In this document: one piece after another, positions 32,880 through 42,335 of the stretch
Layout of the letters: each line of letters starts with the position of its first letter
Position numbering within the stretch: position 1 is the stretch's first letter
Assembly (NCBI GenBank): GCA_050952645.1
Contig: JBMNLI010000017.1
Span: 160,001 to 224,000, forward strand
Length of the DNA: 64,000 nt
Origin: Bdellovibrionota bacterium
GTDB lineage: Bacteria > Bdellovibrionota_C > UBA2361 > CAKMMH01
Direction of reading: 5' to 3'
The notes under the pieces: model-generated
Databases searched by the model: none
What the model saw: the letters and a program-made list of their open reading frames with translations, nothing else
What the model was told of the DNA's origin: nothing
Position numbers and translations under genes: made by a program

Positions 32880-33259
32880 TTTTATCCTTTTAATTTTACC
32901 TTTTTAATTTATCATTTTAATTTATCATTTTAATTTATCGTTTTAATATATTTATATCATCACGTTTTTTACTTTCGATAACCTTTTAGAAACCTTTTAG
33001 CAACCTCTTAGCAACTTTTACTTTTATAACTTTTACTTTAAAAAAAACGTTTACTTTATGTGTTCATACTGTAATACTAATCTTAACTTTTAAAGTTTTG
33101 CTTCTAGGAAACTAAAGTTTTCACACAATACTTTGAAAAATCAAAGGATTTCTAGCGATAGATTTTTTCAAAAATATGGCTTTATCTTTTGAAAAATTTC
33201 TATAAAGTGTTATAATCCTTTTTTGTTAGTGGAGTTCTTAAAATTTAGGAGAAACTATT

Positions 33260-33910
33260 TTGAAATTTAAAACTAATAAAAATGGCATTATAAAAAGAAA
33301 CGAGCCTAAAGTTATCGGTATTTTTATAGATGGCGTTGAGTTAGATAGAGCTACTAGAAGAGTTAATAAAAAAATCAATGTGAAAGAACTTCTAAAAACT
33401 CTATCTCTTGGAATTGTACCTACGGTGGTAAGATATTATACACTTATTCCATATGAAGACGATTCTAGACACCGTGCTTATTTAGATGCCGTAGAAGATG
33501 CAGGATTTCAAGTAGTAGTAAAGAGGTTGCCTCCTAAGGGTGTAAATCGCCAAGTGTTAGTCGACACTGAAATGGCTTCAGATATTGTAGCATTTGCGTT
33601 TGGTTATAATAACTTTTCTTTGATAAACGATTTAGATGCTAAAGGTGAGCTTATAAGAAATCTTACTTTAGATAATAAATTAGATAACAAATTAAATAAT
33701 AAAAATGCTTCTCTAACAGACTCATCAGTTAAAAAAGTAATAAATCTTGTATGTCCTAGTAAAGAGCTAACTTACGCCATTTCGCTTGCTAACACTCAAA
33801 ACACTGAAACTATAACGGCAGATTTTGGAAAAATAAAAGCCAATCAAGATATTTTAAAATCAGCTTCTAAGTGGATCGATTTGTCAGATTCTGAAACTAT
33901 TTGGAGATAA
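33260..33910 (+). CDS. NYN/LabA (DUF88) domain protein, degenerate active site
   Basis: IFIDG, RYY, GFQVVVK..VDTEMASD pattern. Confidence 0.65.
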   Translation: MKFKTNKNGIIKRNEPKVIGIFIDGVELDRATRRVNKKINVKELLKTLSLGIVPTVVRYYTLIPYEDDSRHRAYLDAVEDAGFQVVVKRLPPKGVNRQVLVDTEMASDIVAFAFGYNNFSLINDLDAKGELIRNLTLDNKLDNKLNNKNASLTDSSVKKVINLVCPSKELTYAISLANTQNTETITADFGKIKANQDILKSASKWIDLSDSETIWR

Positions 33911-33919
33911 TTAAAAGTA

Positions 33920-35383
33920 ATGAATGTAGCTAGACAAGACGAATTTACCAACTCTAAAAAAAGTAAGTTTACGGAGTCTAGTAAACAACAAGTTAGCTCT
34001 AATCTAGTTAGAGTTCCGCCCCATTCCTATGAAGCAGAAGAGTCGGTGCTAGGTGGCATCTTAGTCGACAATTTTACTATTAACGCTGCGATGGAAATTT
34101 TAAAACCATCAGATTTTTATAAAAGAGCGCACTTCAAAATTTTTGAAGCTATGATTTCTCTTACTGAGAGAAGCGAACCGATTGATGCTATTACATTAAG
34201 CGAAGAGCTTAAAAGGTATAATGTGCTAGAGGAATGTGGCGGATTAGAAATGATCTCTAGGTTAGCTTCATCAGTTCCTAGCGCTGCAAACGTTGCTTAT
34301 TATTCAGATGTAGTAAAAAACTTTTCTATTAGAAGAGCTGCTATTCATGAAGCTAGTGAGGTTATAAATAATGCGTTTGATACTGAAAAAAATTTAGATG
34401 AATTTATAGATGAAACTGAACAAAGAATTTTATCTATTGCAGATGAAAAAACTGATAAGGCTTTTACGCATATTGGTGATATAGCGCAAGACGCTTTACA
34501 ACTAGTAGAAAGGTTGTATGATAAGAAAAAATCCGTTACTGGCGTTCCGTCTGGATTTAACAAACTTGATGATTTAACGGCAGGCTTTCAAAAATCTAGT
34601 TTATTTATTTTAGCTGCTCGTCCTGGCGTTGGTAAGACTGCTTTTGCTTTAACTATCGCACAAAATGTAGCATTAAGAGAAGAATTAGCGGTGGGAATTT
34701 TTTCTTTAGAGATGTCGAAAGAAGAGCTTTTTATGAGAATGTTAAGTTCAGAGGCGAGAGTTTCAAATTCAAAATTAAAAACTGGTAAATTTCCCGAATC
34801 GGATTTTCCAAAAATAGTCAATGCCGCAAGCAGATTAACCGACGCCCCTATTTATATAGATGATACGGGGGGTTTAACTATTACGGAGCTAAAAGCTAAA
34901 GCGAGAAGATTAGCTAGAGAAAAAAAACTAGGATTGATCATAGTAGATTATTTACAACTTATGAGAAGCCCGACTTACAAATATAGTAGAGAGCAAGAGA
35001 TAGCGGATATTTCACGTTCATTAAAGGGGCTTGCTAAGGAGCTTGATATACCAGTTATAGCGATTTCACAATTAAATCGTAGCGTAGAGGGAAGAGATGA
35101 AAAGCGCCCAAGGATTGCAGACTTAAGAGAGTCGGGAGCTATTGAACAAGATGCCGACATTATAGCGTTTGTATATAGAGATGAGATGTATAACCCCGAC
35201 ACTCCAGATAAGGGCATTGCAGAAATTATTTTAGGCAAACATCGCTCAGGTCCAACTGGCACTGCAAGGGTTGCTTTTTCGGGAGAGTATACTAGGTTTG
35301 ACCCTCTAGATGAGTCTGGAATAACGGAACAATTCGAGGCTCAAGATTACGAGCAAGATGATTTTGATATAGATTCTTTTTAA
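33920..35383 (+). CDS. dnaB: Replicative DNA helicase
   Basis: PPHSYEAEESVLG, AARPGVGKT, FSLEM, DYLQL, SQLNR, LRESGAIEQDAD. Confidence 0.98.
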   Translation: MNVARQDEFTNSKKSKFTESSKQQVSSNLVRVPPHSYEAEESVLGGILVDNFTINAAMEILKPSDFYKRAHFKIFEAMISLTERSEPIDAITLSEELKRYNVLEECGGLEMISRLASSVPSAANVAYYSDVVKNFSIRRAAIHEASEVINNAFDTEKNLDEFIDETEQRILSIADEKTDKAFTHIGDIAQDALQLVERLYDKKKSVTGVPSGFNKLDDLTAGFQKSSLFILAARPGVGKTAFALTIAQNVALREELAVGIFSLEMSKEELFMRMLSSEARVSNSKLKTGKFPESDFPKIVNAASRLTDAPIYIDDTGGLTITELKAKARRLAREKKLGLIIVDYLQLMRSPTYKYSREQEIADISRSLKGLAKELDIPVIAISQLNRSVEGRDEKRPRIADLRESGAIEQDADIIAFVYRDEMYNPDTPDKGIAEIILGKHRSGPTGTARVAFSGEYTRFDPLDESGITEQFEAQDYEQDDFDIDSF

Positions 35384-35426
35384 TTAAAATCTGATTCTTT
35401 ATGTTTTAAGTTAGTTTAAAAGAAAA

Positions 35427-35454
35427 TTGACTTTAGTAAAGAACTAGCTATAGT
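35427..35454 (+). promoter_or_regulatory. Sigma70-like promoter P0
   Basis: TTGACT-N16-TATAGT; the -35 lies in one arm of an inverted repeat (~35419-35526). Confidence 0.45.
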
Positions 35455-35521
35455 TTAAAGAAAAATTACAACTATATTTAAAGTAATTTATTTTATGTAA
35501 ATTTCTTTAAAGTCAACTTTC

Positions 35522-35589
35522 TTTTTGGGCCCCGTGGAGAGCGATACTAATTCTTAAGGTCTAAAACCCACCTTAAAACGTGAAGAACT
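35522..35589. mobile_element. ISL3-like MITE, partial inverted copy
   Basis: TTTTTGGGC..CGTGG..GATACTAATT.TTAAGGTCTAAAACC.ACCTTAAAACGTGAAGAAC matches the reverse complement of copies 1 and 2. Confidence 0.7.
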
Positions 35590-35675
35590 AAATTTTTTCT
35601 TAAATTATTCCCCCTTCCAAACTCTAACATATTGAAATAACGAAACTATTTTTAAGAAAAATTTTGAGAAAAGGT

Positions 35676-35703
35676 TTGACTAATTATTTTAAAATGATAT
35701 ACT
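35676..35703 (+). promoter_or_regulatory. Sigma70 promoter P1 (extended -10)
   Basis: TTGACT-N16-TATACT with TG at 35695-35696. Confidence 0.7.
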
Positions 35704-35709
35704 TTTTCT

Positions 35710-36192
35710 TTGTGGTTGAAAGCTTCATGTCAGCTAGCCATAGGGGGTGGGGGGAGAGCGAAGATAGGCAAAGTATTTACTTGAAGAGTGAACGTTGATG
35801 CCTAAGCGTAATCGCTAGCTAAAGTAAGCTCTTAGCTTGCTTTGGCTTATTTTCTGCTCTCTCCCCTAGTTTTAAAATAAATATAACAGCAACAGTAAAA
35901 CGTAGCTTAGGCTTAAAGCTTTAAGTTATTTATGTCATGGGTAGCTAGTAGCAGGTAGCTTGTGGTTTTTGCTCATCGGAGCCACAGACAGCTACTTTCT
36001 CTCGCGGCTACGGCTATTAAGTGTGTTTTACTGTTCTTTCACTCGCTTGACACAAAAGTGTCCAAGGGCGGAGGCGTTTGATGACGACTCCAAACGCCAA
36101 CCTTTGTGAGGGCGAGTGAAGAGGGAGGGGGAATGCATTCTGCGCAAAAGAAACACTACCATGGCATTTCTTCGCGTACCCCCTCCCTCGGC
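35710..36192 (+). ncRNA. Putative structured ncRNA unit 1 (unknown family; may extend to ~36385)
   Basis: Back-to-back stems 35751-35775/35838-35866, 35891-35901/36025-36035, 36038-36046/36112-36120, 36121-36131/36179-36189; G-U pairs on + strand; no ORF. Confidence 0.6.
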
Positions 36193-36711
36193 TTACTTTT
36201 ATAAGGTTTTTCCTTAAGGGTTTTTATCTTAAAGAAGGTTTTCTCTTAAGGGTTAAGTCTTAAGGTTTAAAATCGCATATAATGCGAAAATTGAAGATTT
36301 CGGAGCAATGATTTTGAAACAGCTAAGTTTAAAATAACGAAGTTTAAAATAGCGAAGTTCAAAGATGACGCTTCGAAATTCTTCTCCCATATTTTTATAT
36401 TTTTACTTTTTCTACTTTTTTCATCTTTATACGTATTAGTACACATCCATATATCTTAATATATCTTTTATAATTTAACCTTTATAATTTACGCCTTACT
36501 CTTAGTAATTATCCTTTTTTAAAAAATATACTTCTAAAAATTCTAACATTAGCTTTAATCCTTAAAAATTATCTAAATCTTAAACTTTTCCTTGTTTTAC
36601 GTATAAAATTTAATTTTAACTTTATAACCTACTAAAAATAATTTAAGAAAAGCTTAAGACATAAAAGATAAAAAAATTTACAAATAATTTAAAAAAATTT
36701 TTCATAAACTA

Positions 36712-36739
36712 TTGACTTGATATCAAAAAGTGTTATATT
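36712..36739 (+). promoter_or_regulatory. Sigma70 promoter P2 (extended -10)
   Basis: TTGACT-N16-TATATT with TG; A-tract UP-like region upstream. Confidence 0.7.
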
Positions 36740-36745
36740 ACTTTT

Positions 36746-37370
36746 TCATTTAGTGACAACATCAGCAATATTTAATTGCTATAAGTATATAACGAAATAC
36801 GTAGCGACAAGTTGCTTTACAGAGTTCCTACTTGTTAGCTACGAGTTCCCATCACGAAAGAGGGCTAGGTCGTGCTAGTGCCACAATTGCGCGATCTTCT
36901 CCTTTGCTCTTTTTTAGAGCACTCTCTCTAGTGTGGGAAGCAAAGGTTTCGCCGAAGTGAAAGCTTGTTTCAGGCTCTTAAGTAGCGCCTGACTCTAAGA
37001 GTCTTACAAGTTTCACTTATCTTAGCATTTGCAAAGATTAGGGGGCTAGAGTTGGATAAAAAGCGAGAAATCGCACCTTCCTCCGCAGGCTCTAGCCCCC
37101 TACGGCGAAATCTTTAAATTAGATATAATAAAGGCTTAAACCCTTATAAGTCCCCCCTTAAAAGTTCGAAGAGATTCTATAGTAATCCGCCTAGGGGAGT
37201 CTATTCACTTTAAGGGTGGCAAACATAAAATCCTTGCTCTATGTTTTTGCTCTATATATCATTGCTTAGGTAAGCATTTTTTTTAGACGCACTTTTAGGA
37301 GCAAGGCAAAGGGGGGCGCAAGGAGGTTTCATCCTTTTTCCTCTGCGCGGCGCCCCCCCTCTTGGTTTAT
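36746..37370 (+). ncRNA. Putative structured ncRNA unit 2 (unknown family)
   Basis: Stems 36955-36968/37006-37018, perfect 13 bp 37039-37051/37090-37102, 37311-37319/37350-37358 followed by a T-rich tail. Confidence 0.6.
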
Positions 37371-37682
37371 TTTTATAGCGTTTATTTTTATAGCGTTTTT
37401 TAAAAGGTTCTTCTCGTCTTAATGTTTAAAAACAATTAAGCGATGAGCAACTAAAAAAAGAGGACAACTTGTAAAGGGTTTCGGTAATTTACGAAGCCCT
37501 TTTCCTATTTTTAATTAAATTTTTAATTAAACTCGTTTCTTTAATCTTTTTTATTTTTCACATTTTAACCTAAACATTTTAACCTAAACTTTTCTCTTTT
37601 TACATATAAAATTTTTATTTTAATCGACAAACTCACTTAAAAAAATTAAAAAAATTACCTTGCACCCTTACTTACAAAAACA

Positions 37683-37710
37683 TTGACTACATACTCAAAA
37701 ATGTTATATT
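37683..37710 (+). promoter_or_regulatory. Sigma70 promoter P3 (extended -10)
   Basis: TTGACT-N16-TATATT with TG; shares TCAAAAA.TGTTATATT and an upstream block with P2. Confidence 0.7.
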
Positions 37711-37716
37711 CAATAT

Positions 37717-38045
37717 TATCGTTTATAGATGCCTTCCTTGCCAACTTGCAATTTAGGTATCTAGAAAAGTGCTTACATTTCACTCCCAATATGCAAACAA
37801 AAGTGAAAGAACATTACAATTAACCTTTTGGATCATTTCTAAAGCTCGTAATGACAAGTTTTTTTAATTAACCCTAAAAAAACTGCATGCACTTTTCAAT
37901 TACCCTTTAATTTTAACTAATTACTAAAGAGAGAAATTAGAAAAAGAAAAGGAAGGCTTTCCCATCTCTAAAAAGTTTTAACCTTGCACTCTTTCTTTTT
38001 TCTCTCTTAGGAGGTAAAAATAACAAAAGGCTTTTTGCTTTTTTT
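37717..38045 (+). ncRNA. Putative structured ncRNA unit 3 (AT-richer, possibly decayed)
   Basis: Stems 37726-37734/37755-37763 and 37927-37936/37999-38008; no ORF. Confidence 0.4.
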
Positions 38046-38102
38046 ATAAATAATATTTTAAAAAGTTTTTTGCAAAAAAAATAAAAATATTTTGCAAAAA
38101 AC

Positions 38103-38132
38103 TTGACTTGCTTTAAAAAAAGAGGTTAATAT
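38103..38132 (+). promoter_or_regulatory. Sigma70-like promoter P4
   Basis: TTGACT followed by GTTAAT (N16) or TAATAT (N18); A-tracts upstream. Confidence 0.5.
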
Positions 38133-38138
38133 TGACCT

Positions 38139-39012
38139 TTGTTAGTTACTGAGACGTAGCTCACCCTACAATTTCTCATAGCTAACAATTTGCTCAATAC
38201 TTTAGCTAAGGAATTCCTTAAAGCTAGTGTCGAGCATGCTTTCGCCTTATAACAGAGAAATTTAGATATGCTTCTCGTTGAAACGTGTCTTCCTACAAAA
38301 TGCTACGTGCAGTAGGCATAGCAAATCTCTATAACATTTCCCTAGAGTTTGCTGTGGTTTCTTTGTTATGTTCAGGGAAGCGAGGAAGGTCGTCGAAAGT
38401 AGTTTAGCATTGGCTACTTTCTTAACCTTTACTTGCTTACCCTGAGGGCGAAAGTTAATTCTTGTTATTTTTAGTTTTGCAAACAACATTTTTTTTTAGC
38501 GTTCGCAATTAAAAATTGCAGTTAAAAAATCGCAGGTTAAAAAGTGTTATAAGGTATATTTATATTGGTGGTTTTAGCAAAGCACTATTTTAGAAAATAG
38601 CGATTATAAGGAAATAAAGAGATGCACTCTCCTTGGCTCCTACGCCCCTTTAGTTGATAAGGCTAACAAGCTGCAAGCCTTTCATTGGGGTAAAGCCTTT
38701 CACAAAATCAAAGGGGCGTAGGTGCTCTATTTGAGTTTACTCTTTTTCTTTTCTCGTTATTTACTATTATTATTGACGCCTGGCATCGATACATAAATAA
38801 TTATCTTGTCTATTATTTTAAGCGTCTTGCGTATTATTATTCGCATTTGCTAAAATACCACCTCTCGAGGCGGAGTGGAGGAACTTTTCTTTTCTAGCAT
38901 CTCTTATTTTCTACCCCTTGATGCTTAGAACCTCTTTGTGCGGGCAACGTGAATGTTTCGCACGGGCATTGCGCGTTGTGTTTCCCCACCACTCCACTCC
39001 GCCTCACTCTTT
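38139..39012 (+). ncRNA. Putative structured ncRNA unit 4 (unknown family, ~870 nt or two tandem RNAs)
   Basis: Nested stems 38240-38248/38444-38453, 38567-38581/38846-38862, perfect 13 bp 38639-38651/38710-38722, perfect 14 bp 38867-38880/38992-39005. Confidence 0.6.
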
Positions 39013-39451
39013 AACGCTTCTGTAAAAAAGGAAGCTATAAAGGTTCTTTAGAATGTTTTTATAGATGGTTTTTAAAAAATTATATATAATTTTTTCTATA
39101 AAAAGATTTTAAAGGTGGCAATAAAAAAGATTTAAAGGCTCGCCTTTAAAATCTTTTTCCCATTTTAATTCCTTACTTAATTATTATTTACTTAATTTTT
39201 TCTAATTTAATTTTCTCTAATTAAATTTTTTATTACATCTGTTAATTTTATTTTTTCAATTTCCCCCCTTTCTTTGCTTTCTTTTGCCTTGCTTTTATTT
39301 GCTTTTCCTTTTTTTTCCCTTAACTTTTTATATTTACTTTTTGATCCGTTTAAAACATTTCATTTTTTTATATTTCTTATGGTTGTTTTCTTTTACTTCA
39401 TTTTTTATAATAAAGTTTCAAACTTAAATTCTAAAATTTTAAAGGCTATTT

Positions 39452-40636
39452 ATGATAAGAGAAATTACTGAAAATATATATTCACTACGTGCTATAGATT
39501 GGAATGTAAGAGAATTCCATGGATACGAAACTAAAAGCGGTTCTACCTACAACTCATACTTTATAAAAGATAAGAAAAATGTGCTAATAGACTCTGTAAA
39601 ACATACATTTAAAGATACATTGTTAAATAATATATCTAGCGCGTTAGAAACTAGCAAGCTAGATTATATCGTTTGCAACCACGCAGAGCCAGACCACTCA
39701 AGTGCAATTAAGGATGTTATAAAAAAATATCCAAACGCTACTCTTATATGCAACCAAAGATGTAAAGATATTCTCTCTTTGTATTACAACACTACTGATT
39801 GGAAATTCCTAATTGTAAAAGATGGCGATACCATAAACTTAGGAGAAAATGAACTATATTTTTACGATACCCCAATGGTTCACTGGCCAGAATCTATGAT
39901 TACATACGTCCCTAATAAAAAACTCCTATTTTCCATGGATATTCTAGGACAACATTACGCCTCATCATTTATATTTGATTATGAAGAAAAAAAAGAAACT
40001 CTACTTTCTGAAGCAACGAAATATTATGCAAATATAGTTTTGCCCTACCCTAAACAAGTTTTAAATGCATTAGGAAAAATAAAAAAATTAGATGTCGAAA
40101 TAATCGCTAATAGCCACGGACTTATAATTAAAAAATATTTGCCTGAGATGCTCTCCTTATACGAAAATTTTGCTAATGGTATAAATAAAGAAAAAGCATT
40201 AGTAATTTACGATACAATGTGGGGAAGCACTGAAAATATAGCCTTTAGTTTAATAAGCGGCCTAAAAACTAATAAAGATTTAGAGATTAAAGTTTGCGAC
40301 CTAAAAACTACTCATAATACTATCGTTGCTAGCGAGGCAATAGATGCAAAATATATCTTAGTAGGCTCCCCTACCCTTAACTCAAATATCCTGCCTACGG
40401 TTGCTAGCACTCTTACTTACCTAGAGGGACTAAAACCATTAAATAAAACTTGCCTCTGCTTTGGCTCATATGGCTGGGCACCTGCATTTGCTAAGAAGAT
40501 AACCGAATATTTTGAAGCATTAAACTGGAATATATTTTCAGACCCTATAAGCGTTAAATACAAACCTACTAACGCTTTTTTAAATGATTGCTTTAATATT
40601 GGAAAAACTCTTAGCACTTATAATCAGCATCAATAA
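39452..40636 (+). CDS. fprA: Flavodiiron protein (FprA family A-type flavoprotein)
   Basis: GSTYNSY, NHAEPDHS, VHWPESM, flavodoxin YDTMWGST, FGSYGW. Confidence 0.92.
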   Translation: MIREITENIYSLRAIDWNVREFHGYETKSGSTYNSYFIKDKKNVLIDSVKHTFKDTLLNNISSALETSKLDYIVCNHAEPDHSSAIKDVIKKYPNATLICNQRCKDILSLYYNTTDWKFLIVKDGDTINLGENELYFYDTPMVHWPESMITYVPNKKLLFSMDILGQHYASSFIFDYEEKKETLLSEATKYYANIVLPYPKQVLNALGKIKKLDVEIIANSHGLIIKKYLPEMLSLYENFANGINKEKALVIYDTMWGSTENIAFSLISGLKTNKDLEIKVCDLKTTHNTIVASEAIDAKYILVGSPTLNSNILPTVASTLTYLEGLKPLNKTCLCFGSYGWAPAFAKKITEYFEALNWNIFSDPISVKYKPTNAFLNDCFNIGKTLSTYNQHQ

Positions 40637-40652
40637 TAAAAATGCGTTAGGA

Positions 40653-41348
40653 ATGAATAAAATAAAAATATTTATATTAAAAAATCTTGATTACAAACGA
40701 TGCACTAAATTCCAATACGCTTGTAGAGAAAATTTATTAAAAACTAACAGCAAAAGTTATTTAATTATCACTACTCACAATAACGTTATAACATTCGGTA
40801 AAAATAAGATTAAAACAGACTTATTAGTAAATGAAGCTTTTCTTAAAAAATTAAGTATCGATTTAGTAGATACTAAAAGAGGAGGAAAAATAACTTGCCA
40901 TGGAAATGGACAAATCGTATTTTACCCTATAATAAATATAAAAGATTTTAGTTTAAAAACTAAGGAATACGTACATATTTTAGAAAAAATTTTAATAGAC
41001 ACTCTTAAAAATTTTAATATGAACGCTAAGACTTGCGAAAATATGGAGGGAGTTTTTATAGAAAAAGATAACACCTTACAAAAAATAGGCTTTACTGGCG
41101 TTCATATAAATAAATACTGCACTATGCATGGAATATCTGTAAATATTGAAAACGATATCTTAAGAATATTTAATCTTATAAAACCTTGTGGATATGAAAA
41201 TTTAAAAGTAACTTCCGTAGAAGAAATTTTAAAAAATAAAATTTCATACGACCTATTTATAGATTGTTTTATACAAAACTTCTTAAAGCAATTTAATTTT
41301 AAAAGTATAAAAAGAATAGAAAAAAAGGATAAAAATAAATGCAAATAG
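40653..41348 (+). CDS. lipB: Lipoyl(octanoyl) transferase
   Basis: H..VITFG, RGGKITCHGNGQIVFYPI, KIG..G, TMHG, IKPCG; start refined to ATG 40653. Confidence 0.88.
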   Translation: MNKIKIFILKNLDYKRCTKFQYACRENLLKTNSKSYLIITTHNNVITFGKNKIKTDLLVNEAFLKKLSIDLVDTKRGGKITCHGNGQIVFYPIINIKDFSLKTKEYVHILEKILIDTLKNFNMNAKTCENMEGVFIEKDNTLQKIGFTGVHINKYCTMHGISVNIENDILRIFNLIKPCGYENLKVTSVEEILKNKISYDLFIDCFIQNFLKQFNFKSIKRIEKKDKNKCK

Positions 41349-41884
41349 TAGGTGGCACTAAAAAAGGACTAAAACTTTCCTCTGTAAAAGGCGATACGAC
41401 TAGACCTATACTAGATAGAGTTAAGACGGCACTTTTCGATATTATAAGAGAAGATATAAAAGAGAAAACCTTTCTAGACCTTTTTGCAGGGAGTGGCTCC
41501 GTCGGGCTAGAAGCTTTAAGTCAAGGCTCAAGGCATGCAACGTTTATCGATATAAATAAGAATGCTATAAAAACATTAAATGAAAATATTACGAAAACAA
41601 AATTCCAAAACAATTCTACTATTTATTTTAAAGACGCTTTTAAATTCTTACAAACTAACGAAGCTAATTTTGATATTATATTTATAGCCCCACCACAATA
41701 TAAAGAACTTTGGATAAAAGCACTAAAGTTAGTAGACGAAAAAATAAAAGCTCTCTCCCCTGATATGATTATCGTTCAAATAGACCCTAAAGAATATAAA
41801 GATATTCCACTTAAAAATATGATTTTAGAAAAACAAAAAAGATACGGAAACACTATTCTTCTTTTTTATAAATCTTCTTTATAA
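41339..41884 (+). CDS. rsmD: 16S rRNA m2G966 methyltransferase RsmD-like
   Basis: TRP..DRVK.ALF, FLDLFAGSGSVGLEALSQG, KRYG. Confidence 0.88.
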   Translation: MQIVGGTKKGLKLSSVKGDTTRPILDRVKTALFDIIREDIKEKTFLDLFAGSGSVGLEALSQGSRHATFIDINKNAIKTLNENITKTKFQNNSTIYFKDAFKFLQTNEANFDIIFIAPPQYKELWIKALKLVDEKIKALSPDMIIVQIDPKEYKDIPLKNMILEKQKRYGNTILLFYKSSL

Positions 41885-41942
41885 ATCTTCCTTATAAATC
41901 TTCTTTTTAATAAAACACTCACACTCTTTCTTATTAAAACTT

Positions 41943-42288
41943 TTATCCTAAAAGAGATTGAACTTTCTCTTTTAATTGATTAGCTTGCGCATCTAACGCA
42001 TTTTTAGAATTAGCTATATTTAGCGTTACCTTATTAGCTATTTTTGCTATCTCTTCAACGTCCCTTACCTCTGCTTCTGATGCTTCATAGTTAGTAGCTC
42101 TAACATCTACGATATCCCTATCTTCAAGTTCTCCTTTTACATATCCTGCCGATATTTTATCGTTAACTACAGCCTTAGAAACATCATCTTCACGTTTTCT
42201 AGATGCCGATTTTGATGTTGATTTTGATGTTGATTTTAAAGAATTAACATCTAAGCATAAATAATGCGTTTAATGATCGTATTTCCAT
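41943..42288 (-). pseudogene. Small flagellin C-terminus-like gene with a 1-nt frameshift (not in ORF track)
   Basis: GAGGTG RBS + ATG 42288 (MEIRSLNALF) shifts into an open frame ending NYEASEAEVRDVEE..ALDAQANQLKEKVQSLLG-stop at 41943. Confidence 0.6.
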
Positions 42289-42335
42289 ATACACCTCAAA
42301 CTTTTTTAATTTACCTTCCCATCCTTGTGAATAAT

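Noticed and set aside
37049..37092. Group II intron domain V-like hairpin (GCGA-GAAA-TCGC-AC)
   Set aside because: The catalytic AGC/CGC triad is absent (GAGT), helix geometry is wrong, and no domain VI or RT ORF is evident
38262..38489. 75-aa minus-strand ORF in the island
   Set aside because: No recognisable domain or RBS; lies antisense to a densely paired region whose G-U pairs favour a + strand RNA
35384..39451. rRNA, tRNA, tmRNA, RNase P or SRP genes, or a CRISPR array, in the non-coding island
   Set aside because: No universal rRNA motifs, cloverleaf/T-arm pattern, GAGGAAAGTCC or SRP loop motif recognised; no regularly spaced identical repeats; no cas genes in the window
39274..39471. 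65-aa Phe/Leu-rich ORF (possible type I toxin)
   Set aside because: TTG start, no RBS; hydrophobicity is a by-product of T-rich low-complexity DNA upstream of fprA
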